Position numbers and translations under genes: made by a program. A DNA stretch of 62,915 bases, filler included, from Platydemus manokwari (lineage: Eukaryota): NCBI GenBank assembly GCA_037951405.1. It is 5 parts of 5 records of this genome, joined end to end, with 100 filler letters (N's around TTAATTAATTAA, not from the genome) between each part and the next. Parts side by side here need not be neighbours in the genome. Positions count along the whole stretch, not along the records: positions 27,023 to 36,506 come from JBBMOY011223321.1; positions 36,607 to 47,027 come from JBBMOY011135106.1; 3 more parts are not named here. One strand, given 5' to 3'. Positions 26,923 to 41,486 of this stretch are shown here, piece after piece (position 1 is the stretch's first letter; each line of letters starts with the position of its first letter). The notes beneath the pieces were generated by a model. It did not search any database and had not been told where the DNA came from. It was given only the letters and a program-made list of their open reading frames with translations.

Positions 26923-27022
26923 NNNNNNNNNNNNNNNNNNNNNNNNNNNNNNNNNNNNNNNNNNNNTTAATTAATTAANNNNNNNNNNNNNNNNNNNNNN
27001 NNNNNNNNNNNNNNNNNNNNNN
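26923..27022. other. Artificial contig spacer
   Basis: 44N-TTAATTAATTAA-44N. Confidence 0.97.
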
Positions 27023-27190
27023 TAATATACAATATTATAAAACACATCTGATATTGAAAAGATAAAATAATATGCTTCAATTCAATATCATTTTTCAAAT
27101 ATACACTGAAAATGCCAACAATATTTAATATTAATATGCTATAATAATAGTTTAAATGAAAATATTTAAAAACGAAATTGTGTTTCTTTT

Positions 27191-29250
27191 TCATGAACTC
27201 TTTTTCTTTTTTTTGGCACCCGGTGCTAATTTATTTATTAATTCATATAAATCCTGATTCAGAATGTGACACATTCGAATACCAATTTGTGGAAATTTGT
27301 TCTGCTTTCTCTCAATCAGTCCTTCGAGAATCTGTCTGGCTGCTATATCACTGATGTCATTACCATAAATATCAATTTCTTCCAATTCTTTGCACGTTGA
27401 TATCAGTCTGATATTTGATTAAGATTGGATTTTGACTATGACAAAAGCTTACGTTTTCATCAGATTCATACAAATTACGGGAGTAAAGTTTTCCATCGTA
27501 CCATAACGGCCCATTTTGTTGTTAGCTATATTTAATTTAGCAATGAATGGCCCAGTATTTAATTGTGTTATCTTCGATGTTCTTCCTTTGTTTTTCTTCT
27601 TTTTCTCTGTAGTGTAAAAAAACAAATATCGACGGATGGGATACGATTGAGAAAAATTCACTTTTGATTGGAGTTTGAGGTTCTACGTTTTCCGTTTCAG
27701 TGGATTTATCAGCAGATTGGAATTGTTGATCATAGACTTTCACATCCACATCTTAAAACATTGGTTCAGTCACAAAAATGCTCAGTATGTCATTGAAAAA
27801 TAGAATATGATTTTTTTAATTTATGATCGATTTGTTGCTATGTCCAGTTATGGAAAAAATATTATTTTGTCTGTGCGAATTTTAAAATTTCAGTTTAAAA
27901 GATTTTATAAATTAATATCAAAGATATTGGTTTGTTTAAATAACTACATGTTTTTCAGTTAATTTTCAATGCGTTATTTATTAAATAATAGAGGCTTTAA
28001 TTCTCTATAATTATATTTATCAACCAGTCTAAACATCGGGACTCATTCCAATCGACAATAAAACGATAAAATTCAAATCCAAAATTAATTTTCATCAACG
28101 ATTTTAATAATTTATTGGTATTTTTAAAGAATTGCTATTAAATATTTTCCCTACATTCGAAAAATAATCATTTGACAAATGATTTTCTCTCAAATAAATG
28201 TTGACATTTTAAAATTATATTTTAGGGCGTTTGTGATGCATTTTATTTTCTCGTCTTTTGATTAGAAACACATTAATCATCATCAGAAATTGACGAGAGA
28301 AAATAACAACTAAATAAAACATTTCTCATTCTGCATGCTATCTCGAAACGTGAAAATAATTCATTCAAATCTTCTCACCAATATTTATCGATCGAAGACA
28401 TTGTGCAAGCAAATCTCACGTGCTATGATAAAATATGGATAAATGTAATAGAAATAATGTTTTGAAATGTTTCGTGATTAAGATCATACGTCATGTGATT
28501 TGTTTGAACAATCTGCAATTAATTATGAATCTGTTGTCAGATTTATTTCTTACCAACATTGATTAATATTGCCTAACAACAATCGTTATTTATTTGACAT
28601 ATATCGAACGTATTGATACAACGAATATTTTCCGAAATCAATGTTGAATATTTTTATTACCTACATTCGAACCAAATGACAACATTTTCTCTGATAACAG
28701 AATCTGACAGATTAAAAAATAATATTTATTTTACTCGATAAAACATTTCCAATTGTTTAACGAAATCTTTCTGGTATAGAAAAATTGATTCGTAAATATT
28801 TTTGTCAAGTAAATTTCAGAAATCAACAAACAATATATTAGAATGTCAAAGCAAAACAAATCGAAAGTACAACAATTATTTCAATAACCAATTTATTTTA
28901 TATGTGATGGAGAATGATTTTCTTGACCAAATTTGAAATTGTAAACATCATTATTATCAATAGAAATATATAAAATGATTTGGATTTTTACTAAATACAA
29001 GCCACTGTTAATTTGCTTGAATAGTAAAAGCTAGAAATTATATTTTAGAATTTCCGTTACTCACAATTTTAATAGATATACAGATAGATACAATGATTGG
29101 CAGAATATGATGATGAGCTTACTTATTTCCGGAAGAGAAAATTTCACTGGTTTATTGATTTCAATTTCGTCACATATTGCCTTTGTTAATATTTCTAAAA
29201 GAGTTAAAATACCCTCACTTTCCAAAACGTTACCTTCTATGAAGAGTTCT
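27191..29250 (-). CDS. RI-like leucine-rich-repeat protein, 3' exons (5' part not identified)
   Basis: Phase-consistent exons 29250-29123, 27751-27662, 27606-27453, 27407-27191. LRR units ELFIEGNVLESEGILTLLEIL, KLNIANNKMG and LEEIDIYGNDISDIAARQILEGL. Internal poly-Lys (KKKKKNK) and C-terminal GAKKKKKSS*. Confidence 0.75.
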
Positions 29251-30010
29251 CTTAAAATTAAATACAGAATTTAATCATCATTCGAAATAATAATGAAAAT
29301 CTTAGTAATGGCTTAATAATCAACTTAATATCAACAAAATTTATGTTAACTTTACATACATTCAAAGATTGATAGTACTGGTGTATTAGATTGCCTAGAC
29401 AAGTATGTAATATAACTGTTAAATTCACGGGATTAGGACGAAAAGAAAATCATACGAACAACATTATTTGAAGGTTCAATTTGAAGACCTAAGAGATAAG
29501 ACTTGCTAAATTTAATAACATTTTAAAAGATCTTAATGTTGAAGAGTCTGGAGCAATGAACGCAAACAATTATTTCAAAGAAAGTCAACTGTTTTCCTTG
29601 CAATTTGAAATAGAAGGCAAAGGAATTCATAAATTTTTAAATTCCCGATTAATGTTGTTAGTTGCTAAATCTTTTTCATTTTTTATATTTAAATCAAAAG
29701 ACATGATTTCAGCAGAACACAAAATATCGATTTATCGATTTATTTTATAAAATTTTTTTAAATATTATTGAAATTGTTTTCAACATTTTTTGAAAAAAAT
29801 AAAAAGCTCACATTTTTATTTTTAGATATTTATTTTATAAATAAAATTATTTTATATTTTTTTAAAGAGAGATTCTTTATTGAGAGATTCACAGTAATGT
29901 TTTGAGCAAGACCATTTGATAAATATCAATATTAAATATTTAAAATAATTATTGAAAATTATGTTTTAAATTTATCATTTTAATTTTATCTAAATTCGAA
30001 TTATGTATAG

Positions 30011-30115
30011 CAGAGGTGGCCAACTTTTGTGTACTTAAGATCGATTTTTCATTTGAATAACATCTCACGCGATAAACTAAAATTGGCTTCAAGATCGACC
30101 GGTTGGCCACCCCTG
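30011..30115. mobile_element. hAT-family MITE (105 bp)
   Basis: TIRs CAGAGGTGGCCAAC / GTTGGCCACCCCTG. 8-bp TSD ATGTATAG / ATTTATAG (1 mismatch). Confidence 0.85.
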
Positions 30116-32352
30116 ATTTATAGCATTATTAAATAAATCTCACCATCTCTGTATCAAATTCTCTAGATATGTATCTACATAAAGATTTCTATTTCTTCTC
30201 AATCTTAAATTATTTCCACATCTTCTTCATATCTTCACCTTTTCTTCTCTGCATCGTCTATACAACTTTGCTATATCTTCCTAACATATTTACGGTAAAT
30301 TCCTCCTTGTCTTCTATATTTTCATGTAATAGACATTCTCAGAATCAAATCCAAATACGTAATCACCATGGAAGCGCACATTGAAAACGAACTCAAAAGT
30401 CCTGACACCAAATTATATTTCCATTACAATTATCCAACAAAATAATATTTTATAAAAATCTCATTTCCCAAATCCCCACAATGGCAGAGCTAATTACAAA
30501 AGTTGCTGATCATGAAAGACTGACTGGTCATTGTTCTCGAATGTCCATTCATTTCATAAGTTGTCGTGTTGTCAGTGTTCATTTACCAGTTAAACTTTCA
30601 CTTTGTATTTATTTAAGTGTCAGATTTATGTCGACCTTCTGTTTCATTTTCGTATTCTGATGTTCGTAATTTTCTCAAACAATGAGGCAATTGAAAACTA
30701 AAATTCAATCGATGTGTGTATACACTTGCAGATCGCATTCCAAATTTTTGCTCTTGAACTTTGAGTAATTTCCGACGCATTCCACAAAAATCAATGACAC
30801 GATTCAAGCATAAGTTTCGATAAAATAAAATTTCAATATCTTACCAAATCAAAAAGTCACAAATTCATCCCATCGCATATTAATAAATACAATAAAAATA
30901 GATCAATATTTAAATCGAAAAGCTAAGATTTTTTAAAATGATCCTTTTGAAAATAAATAATTTCGAAGCCTATGGGAAAAGGAATTATAATTTATCGATT
31001 ATAAAATCAATAATTGATAATTAACGATTATTTATTTATAATCAATAAAATTTATCGAAATTAAGAACAGAATCGTCAGCATAAATAGCTAGACAGAATT
31101 TCACATTCATTAGCCTAATTATGTCGAGTGATCTTCGTGAGCCATTTAATGGAGATTGATGTATCTTTAAGTAACTGTGATTCTGTGATTCTGTGTTGTG
31201 TCGAAGAGTTTTGCCATGTTTCGTTTTGTATATTTTATTTGAATATACTTCAATTATTAGACGATCCATCACATTCTCTTAAGCTTATTGTTGAATCTTC
31301 CTGGTGTAGAGTACGACGATACTGGGTAACTTATTAATCTGACACCAAAAGACAATAATTTGCTCACTAAATTATATTTTATACTACAATGCAGCTCAAT
31401 GTACAAATGGCCGATTTCTTAAATAATTTCTGAGAAGAAAAAATGGATCAATTGTATTGAAAAATTTGAAATATTGGTCAAGGATCTACTCCTGCTCTTA
31501 CTACCTCGTTCGTAAATACTTTCCTATATTGATAAGTAATACCGGCGTTCGCAATGACTATTATGTTCGCCTTTTACTTTAATGCAAACTATTTTATCGG
31601 TATACGGAAAATACCATTTAGAACACCCTACAGCATCTATAATATATAATTAAAATCACTTGATAATTCTTCTATCGTGGCTTTCTTATTAAATGGTAGC
31701 CTGCAACCGACTGTCATGCCTTTTATATTATTTTGCTGGCATCACTGCCGCTATTTCTCCCATATTGGCTTGGTATTAATAAAATTTAAATTTATAAAAA
31801 GAACATTAATAAAAATTTCGAAAAATGGTTACATAAAACTTTTACAAGAACCTAAATCGAACTTTACTACAATAATTACAATGAATATGGTTGTGAACAA
31901 ATCCTAGTCGAGTAAGACAAAAATTGAAATAAATAACTAACACACCATACAGACATGGCAAATACGGCACAGAAATCAGTATAAATATTGATGCACAACT
32001 CATTCGCGAAGATTACATGTTATCAGTTATTTATGACATCTTCTTTCAAAATTATCTTGCTCATTTTATCAGATCGTTGAGATGCAATCAATCGAATTTT
32101 AAACAAGTGTTTCGGTTTCTCCCAAGGCCGTGCAAATGGTTTTGTGAAAAAGCATTAAGTCTCTCATCTTTCTAATTAAAAGCACCGTCTCTCAACCATT
32201 GTTTCGATTTTAAAGGCTATGTCCAAACATTTACGGGGCACGGTTGATATCCGAGTTTTTTGAGGTCTAAGTAACTGCACAATCGATAATTAAAATGGTA
32301 CTTATTTTTGCTCATTTTATAAATTTTGTGAATAAAGGTTTTCCTAATTGCT

Positions 32353-32499
32353 NNNNNNNNNNNNNNNNNNNNNNNNNNNNNNNNNNNNNNNNNNNNNNNN
32401 NNNNNNNNNNNNNNNNNNNNNNNNNNNNNNNNNNNNNNNNNNNNNNNNNNNNNNNNNNNNNNNNNNNNNNNNNNNNNNNNNNNNNNNNNNNNNNNNNNN
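32353..32499. other. Scaffold gap (147 N, no linker)
   Basis: Plain N run without the TTAATTAATTAA core. Confidence 0.95.
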
Positions 32500-35400
32500 T
32501 AGCTGCATATGGTCAAGTGTTAGTTGATAATGAATGTGAATTATATGGTTTTGGTATTGATTTATCGATTGATTTTGGTTTCAGTCCGATTGACGGCAGT
32601 AGAAAGCTGATGTAGCAGTTATTGAGTTATTATAAATCAATAATATTGATCATTAATATTGCTTGCAAAACAATAATAATGATATTAATCCACAATCAAT
32701 ACTAATTAATAAATCGTTACGTTTTTAGTTGTATTAAAATTGATAATAATTATTGATTAACGATAATAAACAAAATAATTTATTATCATTATTCAATAAT
32801 AAATATCAATTTATAGTTTATAATCACCAAAATATCAATATCTTAATGTCATTATGCTGCCAAGCAATTCTATTAATACCACTGGACGAAAGAAATAACA
32901 AGATTGCCTCGATGTTTTGCTATGCGTGTGTGTGTGTGCAAGTCTATAATTTTTTTTTCTGAGACCAGTCATTTGAAATCAGCATTGAAACCTATTGTTA
33001 AACTGATAGAAATTCTCTTTGTGAGAATTCTAAAGCGAGAATTATTTCCATGACGTGAACGATAAGATTGTGAACTGTGAAACTTATATCTGGAACAAGC
33101 AGAGGCGTCTTAGAAATAGTAAAGCGATATTTTTTCCCAAATAAAACAAAACCACCTCTATGTAACAAATGATTAAAGTCTAAGAAAAAATAAAATAATA
33201 ATTATTTGTTTAAATTTTTGGCGCATTCTTCTTTTATAGAACGGCGCTGCTAAATAAAGAAAACACACACATACACATGCCGGTTTGTGTAATATTTAAG
33301 GAAATCAATACCGCCCTGTATCGTGGCTAAACGTAAAATGTTGAAATCGATATTGTAATTTAATAAATCAATATATTGTTGCAAATTTCAAAAATTATTG
33401 AGCTTCCTTATTAACGAATCACTTTAAAAGTCAGTGTCGTGAGTGAGAGGTAAATCTTTGCCACAAGGTGAAAGAGAAAGAAAAATACAGTTCGATGGAG
33501 AAATTGTCTTATATTGATATAGTTGTCGGAACATTATTTCCATGACAAAAAGAGAAATCGATTTTTATTTTATACTGGTTTAAAATTTTATTTAAAACCG
33601 AATTTTTTCTGTCGTCACATTTATCAATCCAGTTTTAATGTCTATGGTTTCAGAATATTGTCTAAATATAATACATTAATGCCAAAAGTCGCAACGCTAA
33701 CCCATACCGCATAATAAATATCATTTTTATTGATTTTAATTCCACAATCGTTGACGACCATGTCTTAATAAAATCATTTTTCCATCATGAAATATTGTTT
33801 ATTGATAATATTAATAACAATCAAATAATCGATCACGATTAATTGATTTATTCACATGAATTATTGAATATTAAAATTATCACAAATATATCGATTAAAA
33901 ACTCATTGATAAAATTATCAGGTAGAAAATAAAATATTAACCACATAATTAACTGCGTATGTGTGCGTGAGGCTGTGTGTCAGTTGGCAATCAACAATAT
34001 CAGTTTCTCTTCGACCTTCGCTGATGCACACCGATACTTATGTTTAGTAAATGTGAGATGTATTATTCACACTTACCACGTGCATCATTGTTATGAATAA
34101 TTGTGGTATTATTAGGGCTATTAATCATTTTTAGAACTTGGTCTACCATTGATTATCGATTAAGTTCAATCAATTACAGATTTTCCAGTTAAAAATATCA
34201 ATAATTTATCGAATATTTGGAAATTAATCTGTATGAGATGGGCTTGAATTCAAATCCCCAATGATTAGTTTTTATAATAAAGTGAGTGTGTCATTGGACT
34301 GTTTGTTATGGAATTTCAATGTTTTGATTCGCAGGCCATATTATTTATACGATAATGATAATAATAATTATCATTATTATAATGAAATGAATAATAATAA
34401 AATTGATGAAAAATATATATAAATATTAGCTTGATATTATAATTTTAATAATATTTCAATGCTAACCAGCTACACACACATAATTGGATATAATTCATAA
34501 AAAATTATAATGACTCAATGACATTAATAATTCATTAAGATAAATATCATTGAATAATTAGAATTTTAATTTAAATAAATTATTTTCATTCTCAATAAAT
34601 TACAGAAAAATATTATCGATTTTGTGCAATCGACATTTTAAAAATACAACGTTGGAAATAGAATAAAAAATTTGCGAAATCTTTCCAGTTTATCTTAATA
34701 TGATTTGGTACGGTGTCTTCCCCACTGAAACGTCAACGAGGTTTATTTATCAAAGATTTCTGGTCAAGAATATGAGAAAAAAATGTTCTGCCAATCAGAT
34801 TCAACCACAATTGATACAACAAAAGTAAATGAAAAATTTTTGTCATTATTAAACAAAAATGTCGTGAATTAAATGATAATTTTTAATAGGTGGTGAATGG
34901 ATTGTCCGTTGTGGTGATATTAAGCTGATAATTACCGGCCTATACTTGTATTATACTGAATTACGAATAATTATATATTATATTTCTCATATCGATTAAT
35001 TTTCGCTTAGCAACGAGTTGTTTGCACTCAAAAATCCATATTTTTTCTTCTCAAAATATTATTAGAATAAGAGAGACAATATATTATAAATATTTAATAT
35101 CTCGGCTCGAATATTATTTTATCTGTAACTACAATCAATATCTCGAAAACAAAAAATACTATTGGTACTTTCTCGATACGTTGGGAAACAAATGTCAAGA
35201 TTATTTACGGGAATTTTCCTAAATTTAATTTTTTATAGCCAATAACAAATAAGCTTGTATTTGTAAACATTTATCACATTGATTATCGGGTGACCAAGGT
35301 TATTTATTTTCGATCACTACGCACAGTAAAAACACATGTTAGCTCGTAGTGATTTTGGAAAGTTTTTCACCTCCAACAAGAGTGGGCAGAAATCAATCAC

Positions 35401-36506
35401 AAATCCTATTTACACCACTCCAGAACATAATATATCTGACATCAATAATTTAAATAAAATCGATTTAAACCAGATATCTATTTAAAATAATTTGTATAAC
35501 ATTTCCATTCGTTAAAATGCTGTTCAAACAAACATGATTTAATAAATCTTTGAATTGGACGAATTTTTAATTATTGATACTACTTTCATTTATCAGTAGA
35601 ATATATAATTTAACGTAAAACCCTCAATGTGAAGTGAATAAAGTTATTGATGCTAATTTATTTTCATTCAAATTGATTCGTGGGAATTATTTATATTATC
35701 TCTAAACAGAGGCTCTAATAATTTATAGTCGACAAATCATATACATGTTTCATACTTTCAGCTACCGAAGCATTTTACAGATTTAACAATCACAATTTTA
35801 CCAAAAAATTTATAAAAATAAATTGATTTATCTCCACTACTTTGTTGTAAAAATATTGCAACTAGCGTGGATTATTTGAGGATTGTTTGGAAAAAAAATC
35901 TGATTTATCGAAAATAATTTATTGCAATATTGATTAAAAAAAATAGTGGCATTTGCAGAAACGGTCGAGTATCATCAATTAAAATTTATATTTCACAATA
36001 AAATATTTCATCATTCTAATAATTTAAACTCGACTGGAAGTGATTGCGATGATTTTTTGCAGGGATTTTATGAGAGATGGAAATTTTGTGTTCAGTAAAT
36101 ATCGGTAAGAAATTTCGATGGTTAATAACAATATGTTGGGATTCAAAACGAAATCGGCCAATCAGATCTCTTCAAATAAATCTGTACGATCTAAGATTTG
36201 TTTCTTATTGATTAAAATAGTAGTTCAGTAGTTTTGACTTTGAAAATTTTAAGAATTTTTTCTAATGTTTAATTAATTAATTTATTTTTTTTGAGTTGAT
36301 TTAAACAAATAGTAAGTAATTTACACCAAAAAGTGTAGAAATTCACGCAGAGTTTGAATGTCACCTTGAAAACATAACATATATAATTATTGCCTTGGTA
36401 GTGTTCAAGCTTTATAATACCGACAGCCAACAAGTGTCAGCAAATGCTCTTTTGTGCTTTTAAAAATAGAAATTAAAATTAGAAAAAAAATAAATCAATA
36501 AACCAA

Positions 36507-36606
36507 NNNNNNNNNNNNNNNNNNNNNNNNNNNNNNNNNNNNNNNNNNNNTTAATTAATTAANNNNNNNNNNNNNNNNNNNNNNNNNNNNNNNNNNNNNN
36601 NNNNNN
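36507..36606. other. Artificial contig spacer
   Basis: 44N-TTAATTAATTAA-44N. Confidence 0.97.
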
Positions 36607-39600
36607 ATAAATTAATTTCATAAAGAAGTTCTTTATCTATTAATTAAATAAATATAATTATTTTTTGATAAAAGGAAAATACTTTGTTAACTTCAAAAAT
36701 TATTTATCGTAGTTTTTCAGAGATATTTTCTCAAATCCTTCTCATATGGGATCAATACTCCTATTCAATCTTTTGTAAGAATACAATTTCCATAACCCGG
36801 AAATAAATTTAACTAGGGGTACAAAACTAAGTTCTTTTGAATTTAAAATTTTATCTACATCGTGTGAATATTCTTTTTCCACTTTTTTTATATTATTCAA
36901 GAAACCTTTCTTCAAGTGCGCAATTTCCAACTATCTCAATGTTATTCTGTTTAGCATTGTAATAGTCCCGAAAGCAATACCAATATATAATTTCAGTTGT
37001 TTAAAATAAAATATTAAATAGACTAGAACTTCAAAATCTCCTAAAAATTTACTTCACAGAAAATGCGGTACTTATTTCGACGCTGATATATTTTTCAAAA
37101 TTATTATTAGTGTGAGCTTTAAACAGTCAAAAAAAATAATCCTTTTACCGTTAACCTCTTACAATAATTTAAAAACAAAGAGTTGATAATATCGATGAAT
37201 TTGAGGGATTTCTTTCACGTTTAACTGAAAAAGTAACTAATTTTCTGGATTTCATTCGAAGAAATGTGAATCAAATCTATACTTTCTAGATGGCACGAAT
37301 CTAAGCTACTAGACCATTGTAATTTCATGGTTTTCATTCACAAATATCGGTTCATAATAAATTTTCGATATATTTTTCATAAATTAATAAAATTTTATTT
37401 CAATCTCCAAATATTTTTTCAAAGAGATGTATTTATATCAATTATTGAATATCGTTTTGATTCAAAATTATTTTTGTTGTGAATTTAATTTTGATTGGAT
37501 TATTTGTTTTCTGAATCAATTGAATCAACAATATACTTTTATACTTTTAATTTTCTTAATCAACAAGTAGAAATTGGTATCAATGGATGGATTCGGATAC
37601 CAAGAATAAAGCTCTGGAAAAATTCATTGTTAATACCTATTAATTTTATGTGTGCTTTATTATTGGTTTTATTAATTTCTTTTTAATCTATCAGATTGGA
37701 ATTCAGTAGCTGCAATTCACAAATCAGAACACGTTTAATGGAAATTCAGTTATTGAAGGCGTTATCAATAATTATAAATAAATCAACCTGATTAATTAAC
37801 TAATTAATTAATTAATTTAATAAGTCTAAACTGCTTGGAATAATTTTTTAAATAATTCTTGAAAATATTTTCCGAGTCTGATATCATTTGGAAAATTTTC
37901 AAAATAGAGTGCATTTAAACAAAAATAAATTATTTCCCTTGTGAAATATTAATTATTATTATCACAACTTTAGCGGAAATTAATGAATATCAAAATCGGA
38001 TATCCCGAATCTAATCTATCACTAATGAAACCGGAATCCGATAAGAAGGAAGTAGGGAATGTTTTCTGAATTATAATAATTGTTTTATTATGATTATAAT
38101 TTAATAAGTGCCTTTGATCAGATGCCCTTGCCAGATTCAACGTTTCTTGTCAACTTAAAAAGTTTTCTTAATATATAAAGATATGATTTTGCTAGAAAAG
38201 TTAACAACGTTATAGAGTTTGTAGCGATTAGTCAGTAAGATTTTGGTGGAATAATTTGAATATTTATTTCAAATGATATAATTGGCATCTTTATCCGCAT
38301 GAAGTCCGATATTTTATTTGTAAATGTTACTGTTAGTTGCTAACTTTTCTTTGTTTTTTAGGTTATATTCAAAAGCCAGAACTATTAACGTGCAAAATAA
38401 TATATTTCTATATTACATATTTTCCAAACAAATATTCTTTTTTTTAAAAATTCAAATTACCATAAATATAAAAAAAAATTTTAACAGATTTTTATTTTAT
38501 ATTTTATGACTAATTTTTTTTAAAGCTTTTGAGAGGTTACAGTAACGGTCTGAGGAAGATAAACATTAAATATCTTTAATATAATCAATTAAAAATATTC
38601 TTTTGTAAATTATTCAATTTAAATTATAAACCTCACAATAACAGTGCAATTGAATTTGCAAATGGCCTTCTTCAATATCCCATGTATGTTCCTGTATTCT
38701 CACCAGTTATTAAATATGGTGGTATCAGTACACTAATCAGATGTATGATCTTTCATGTACTTGAGAGTGAAGGTTGTTTTCATTATTTATAAGTGTATTT
38801 ATCTTCAAATATTTTCATGTATTTATGATTGTCAATGACCGTACTCAACAATCATTATAAATTAATTTTCAATACCTCGATATGATATTTCAATATTATA
38901 ATTTAGTGAATTGGATCCGGATTTTGCACTCGACAATTCAATGACAGGTGAGAAATAATTATACAAATAGCACTCGTTTTTATTATTGATTTTTGACTAG
39001 TGGATTTTTTGGTGTAAATCGAAATTTGTCGATACAATACTTTCAACCAAACAGCACATTGAAGGGTATACTTGGAAGAAAATTGTATCTGAAATAGCAA
39101 AACATATTTATTTACATTATTATTAAATAAGCTTTTTTTAATCCAAACGTTCCTAAACCAGAAAAGATTTTTGATTGGGTTAAATTTACACAAAAACGAT
39201 TATTTTTCGTGATTTATCCGAGTGTATAGTTTAATTATTTTTCTAAATAATATTGCATTCTGTTTGATAACATATAATGTTATAGAGCATGTGTCGTACT
39301 CACACGTAATAATGTCTGATAAATATTAAAAATACAGTGCCTATTCACCAATGATATATCGGTAATATATATATTCTGTTTATATTTATGATAAAAGCTA
39401 CCATCAATGTTAGATGTCATCACATAAAGAGTATCGAATTAAAAAATTGCGTTAATAAAAATAATTAGGTATTGCTTGATTGCATCAACGAAAAAATCGT
39501 CACAAACTGAACTATATTATCGAATAAAATTCTAAATCAAGTAGCTATTTTCTATTTTTATAAAACCGTTACAATTTTTATAATTATTCAGTTATAGGCA

Positions 39601-41486
39601 ATCCTTCTTCTCATCTAAAACATAAAAGGTTGTAAATATTTCAACATTTTTTGTAAACCTCATCATTTCTAGGTGAATGAGATATCATTGGATATCGAAG
39701 ATCACTCAATATCTTCTTTAATATTAGCATGTCACCGTGATCTGGCAATTTGTATCGTAGTATTCAATTTTTATTTTCAGGTAGTAATGTAACTCTGTTG
39801 AATTTCAGTGTTATTGCTTTATTTTTGCATTTCAAATAGCGCTGAGAATAATTTTACTATTATATTATTGTGGTTTTGTAAGTTAAATTAATATAAAACC
39901 ATTTCAGGTAAATTTATTACAACGTTCCATTAATTTGGTAAATAGTGTGCTCCTATATTAAGACAAAACTTAATATCAATTAATATGAATTATCAATATT
40001 GAACGGTAATTTCTTCACAGCTTTTACATTCAGAATCTGTGAAATCAAAATCAATGAATCATCCGAATAACGTTTAATTAATAAATTGATATTAATATTC
40101 CTGAGACAGTTTTGGTTTCTGTGTATTTAGGTGCTGTGCAATATACAATTACATAACAGAGAAAAATGCACCTCATTGAGATAACATCTGGAACATGAAG
40201 GAAACATGTTAGCGATAATATATTTAACAATAACTTTCTGTTAATAATGATATAATTAATTATAATAATTATAAAAATATTTATATATCAATTATTATTT
40301 CCCTTTTGACTAATATATGCTAAATACCAATTTGACAAAAAAAAATTTTGAAATTTACAAAAATTGAGAATTGGGAAAGCTCAATCAAAAGCCAGCCAGA
40401 AAGTTATAGTTTTGATAAAAACTTGATAGTAAAATTACCACAAGTTTAAAATAAAATGAGTTTCATCTTGAAAAGATGTGCTCTGTGGATGACAATGCAG
40501 AAAATATTAAAGATAGTGACATGATATATATTCGCTATCCACGATTGTAACTGAATAATAATTAAGTTTCTTAGCAGTAGACTTGAAGGTTCTACGAATC
40601 TGTCCTACCATTTCTTGGTCTTGTTGAACTGTTTTGGGTGGAAATTTAACCAAGAGCATTTTCAATTGAGCTAGTTGGTCCATTCTTTGCGACTGAATTT
40701 TTAAAATATTTAATTACAAAACTTATGACAAGAAGTTGTTGACAGGAAATCATAAAGAGTTCATGAACGATAGATTTGTCCAATATTTTTGATATTTTAT
40801 GGGATCTTAAAAGCAAAGACTTCCACATAAATACATTGTTGAAAATATTTTAATGAGGTTTATGAAATCTTAAGAATCGAAGAATTTTAAACATTTGATA
40901 AAAATTAAAAAAGAAAACTTCGAGACAAGCAGTAACAATTAAGAAAACTTGCTTATATCGATTTATAGTAATAATCTAAAAAAGATAATATCCATCACAT
41001 GAAATTATAAATCAAACTGATTATAAATTAATGTGATGTGTATTTTAAGACTTATTCAAATAATTCCTATTCAACACTGGGATTAATTGGAGACACCTGG
41101 GTTTAAATTTTCTGGAATTTTTATTAAAATGTATAGATACAAATACATCCTATAATATGGTGAGATAGAATGATATTGATAATTTAAACTACGATAAAGT
41201 AGGAACATTTATAAATTTAGAAACTTAAAAAATCTATAATCAATTTGTATATGAAGTTGATTTAGAATATCCAATCAAAAGATGTAATAAATATGATTGG
41301 ATGATAAATAAATAATATTTTAGATAAATTTCTGAATTTATTGAACCTGATGATTATTATTAAATTGTTTTAATGAATCGAAAACTGGAATTTACTTAAA
41401 CAGTTAAATTAAATCTAATTAAAAATAGAATAAACACACGATCGATATAAGATTATAGTAAATATCACAACTTCATAAATAAAAAT

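Noticed and set aside
31042-31272. ORF containing YADD (RT-like)
   Set aside because: Isolated tetrapeptide without other RT motifs.
32217-32615. ORFs spanning the N gap
   Set aside because: Open only because Ns translate as X.
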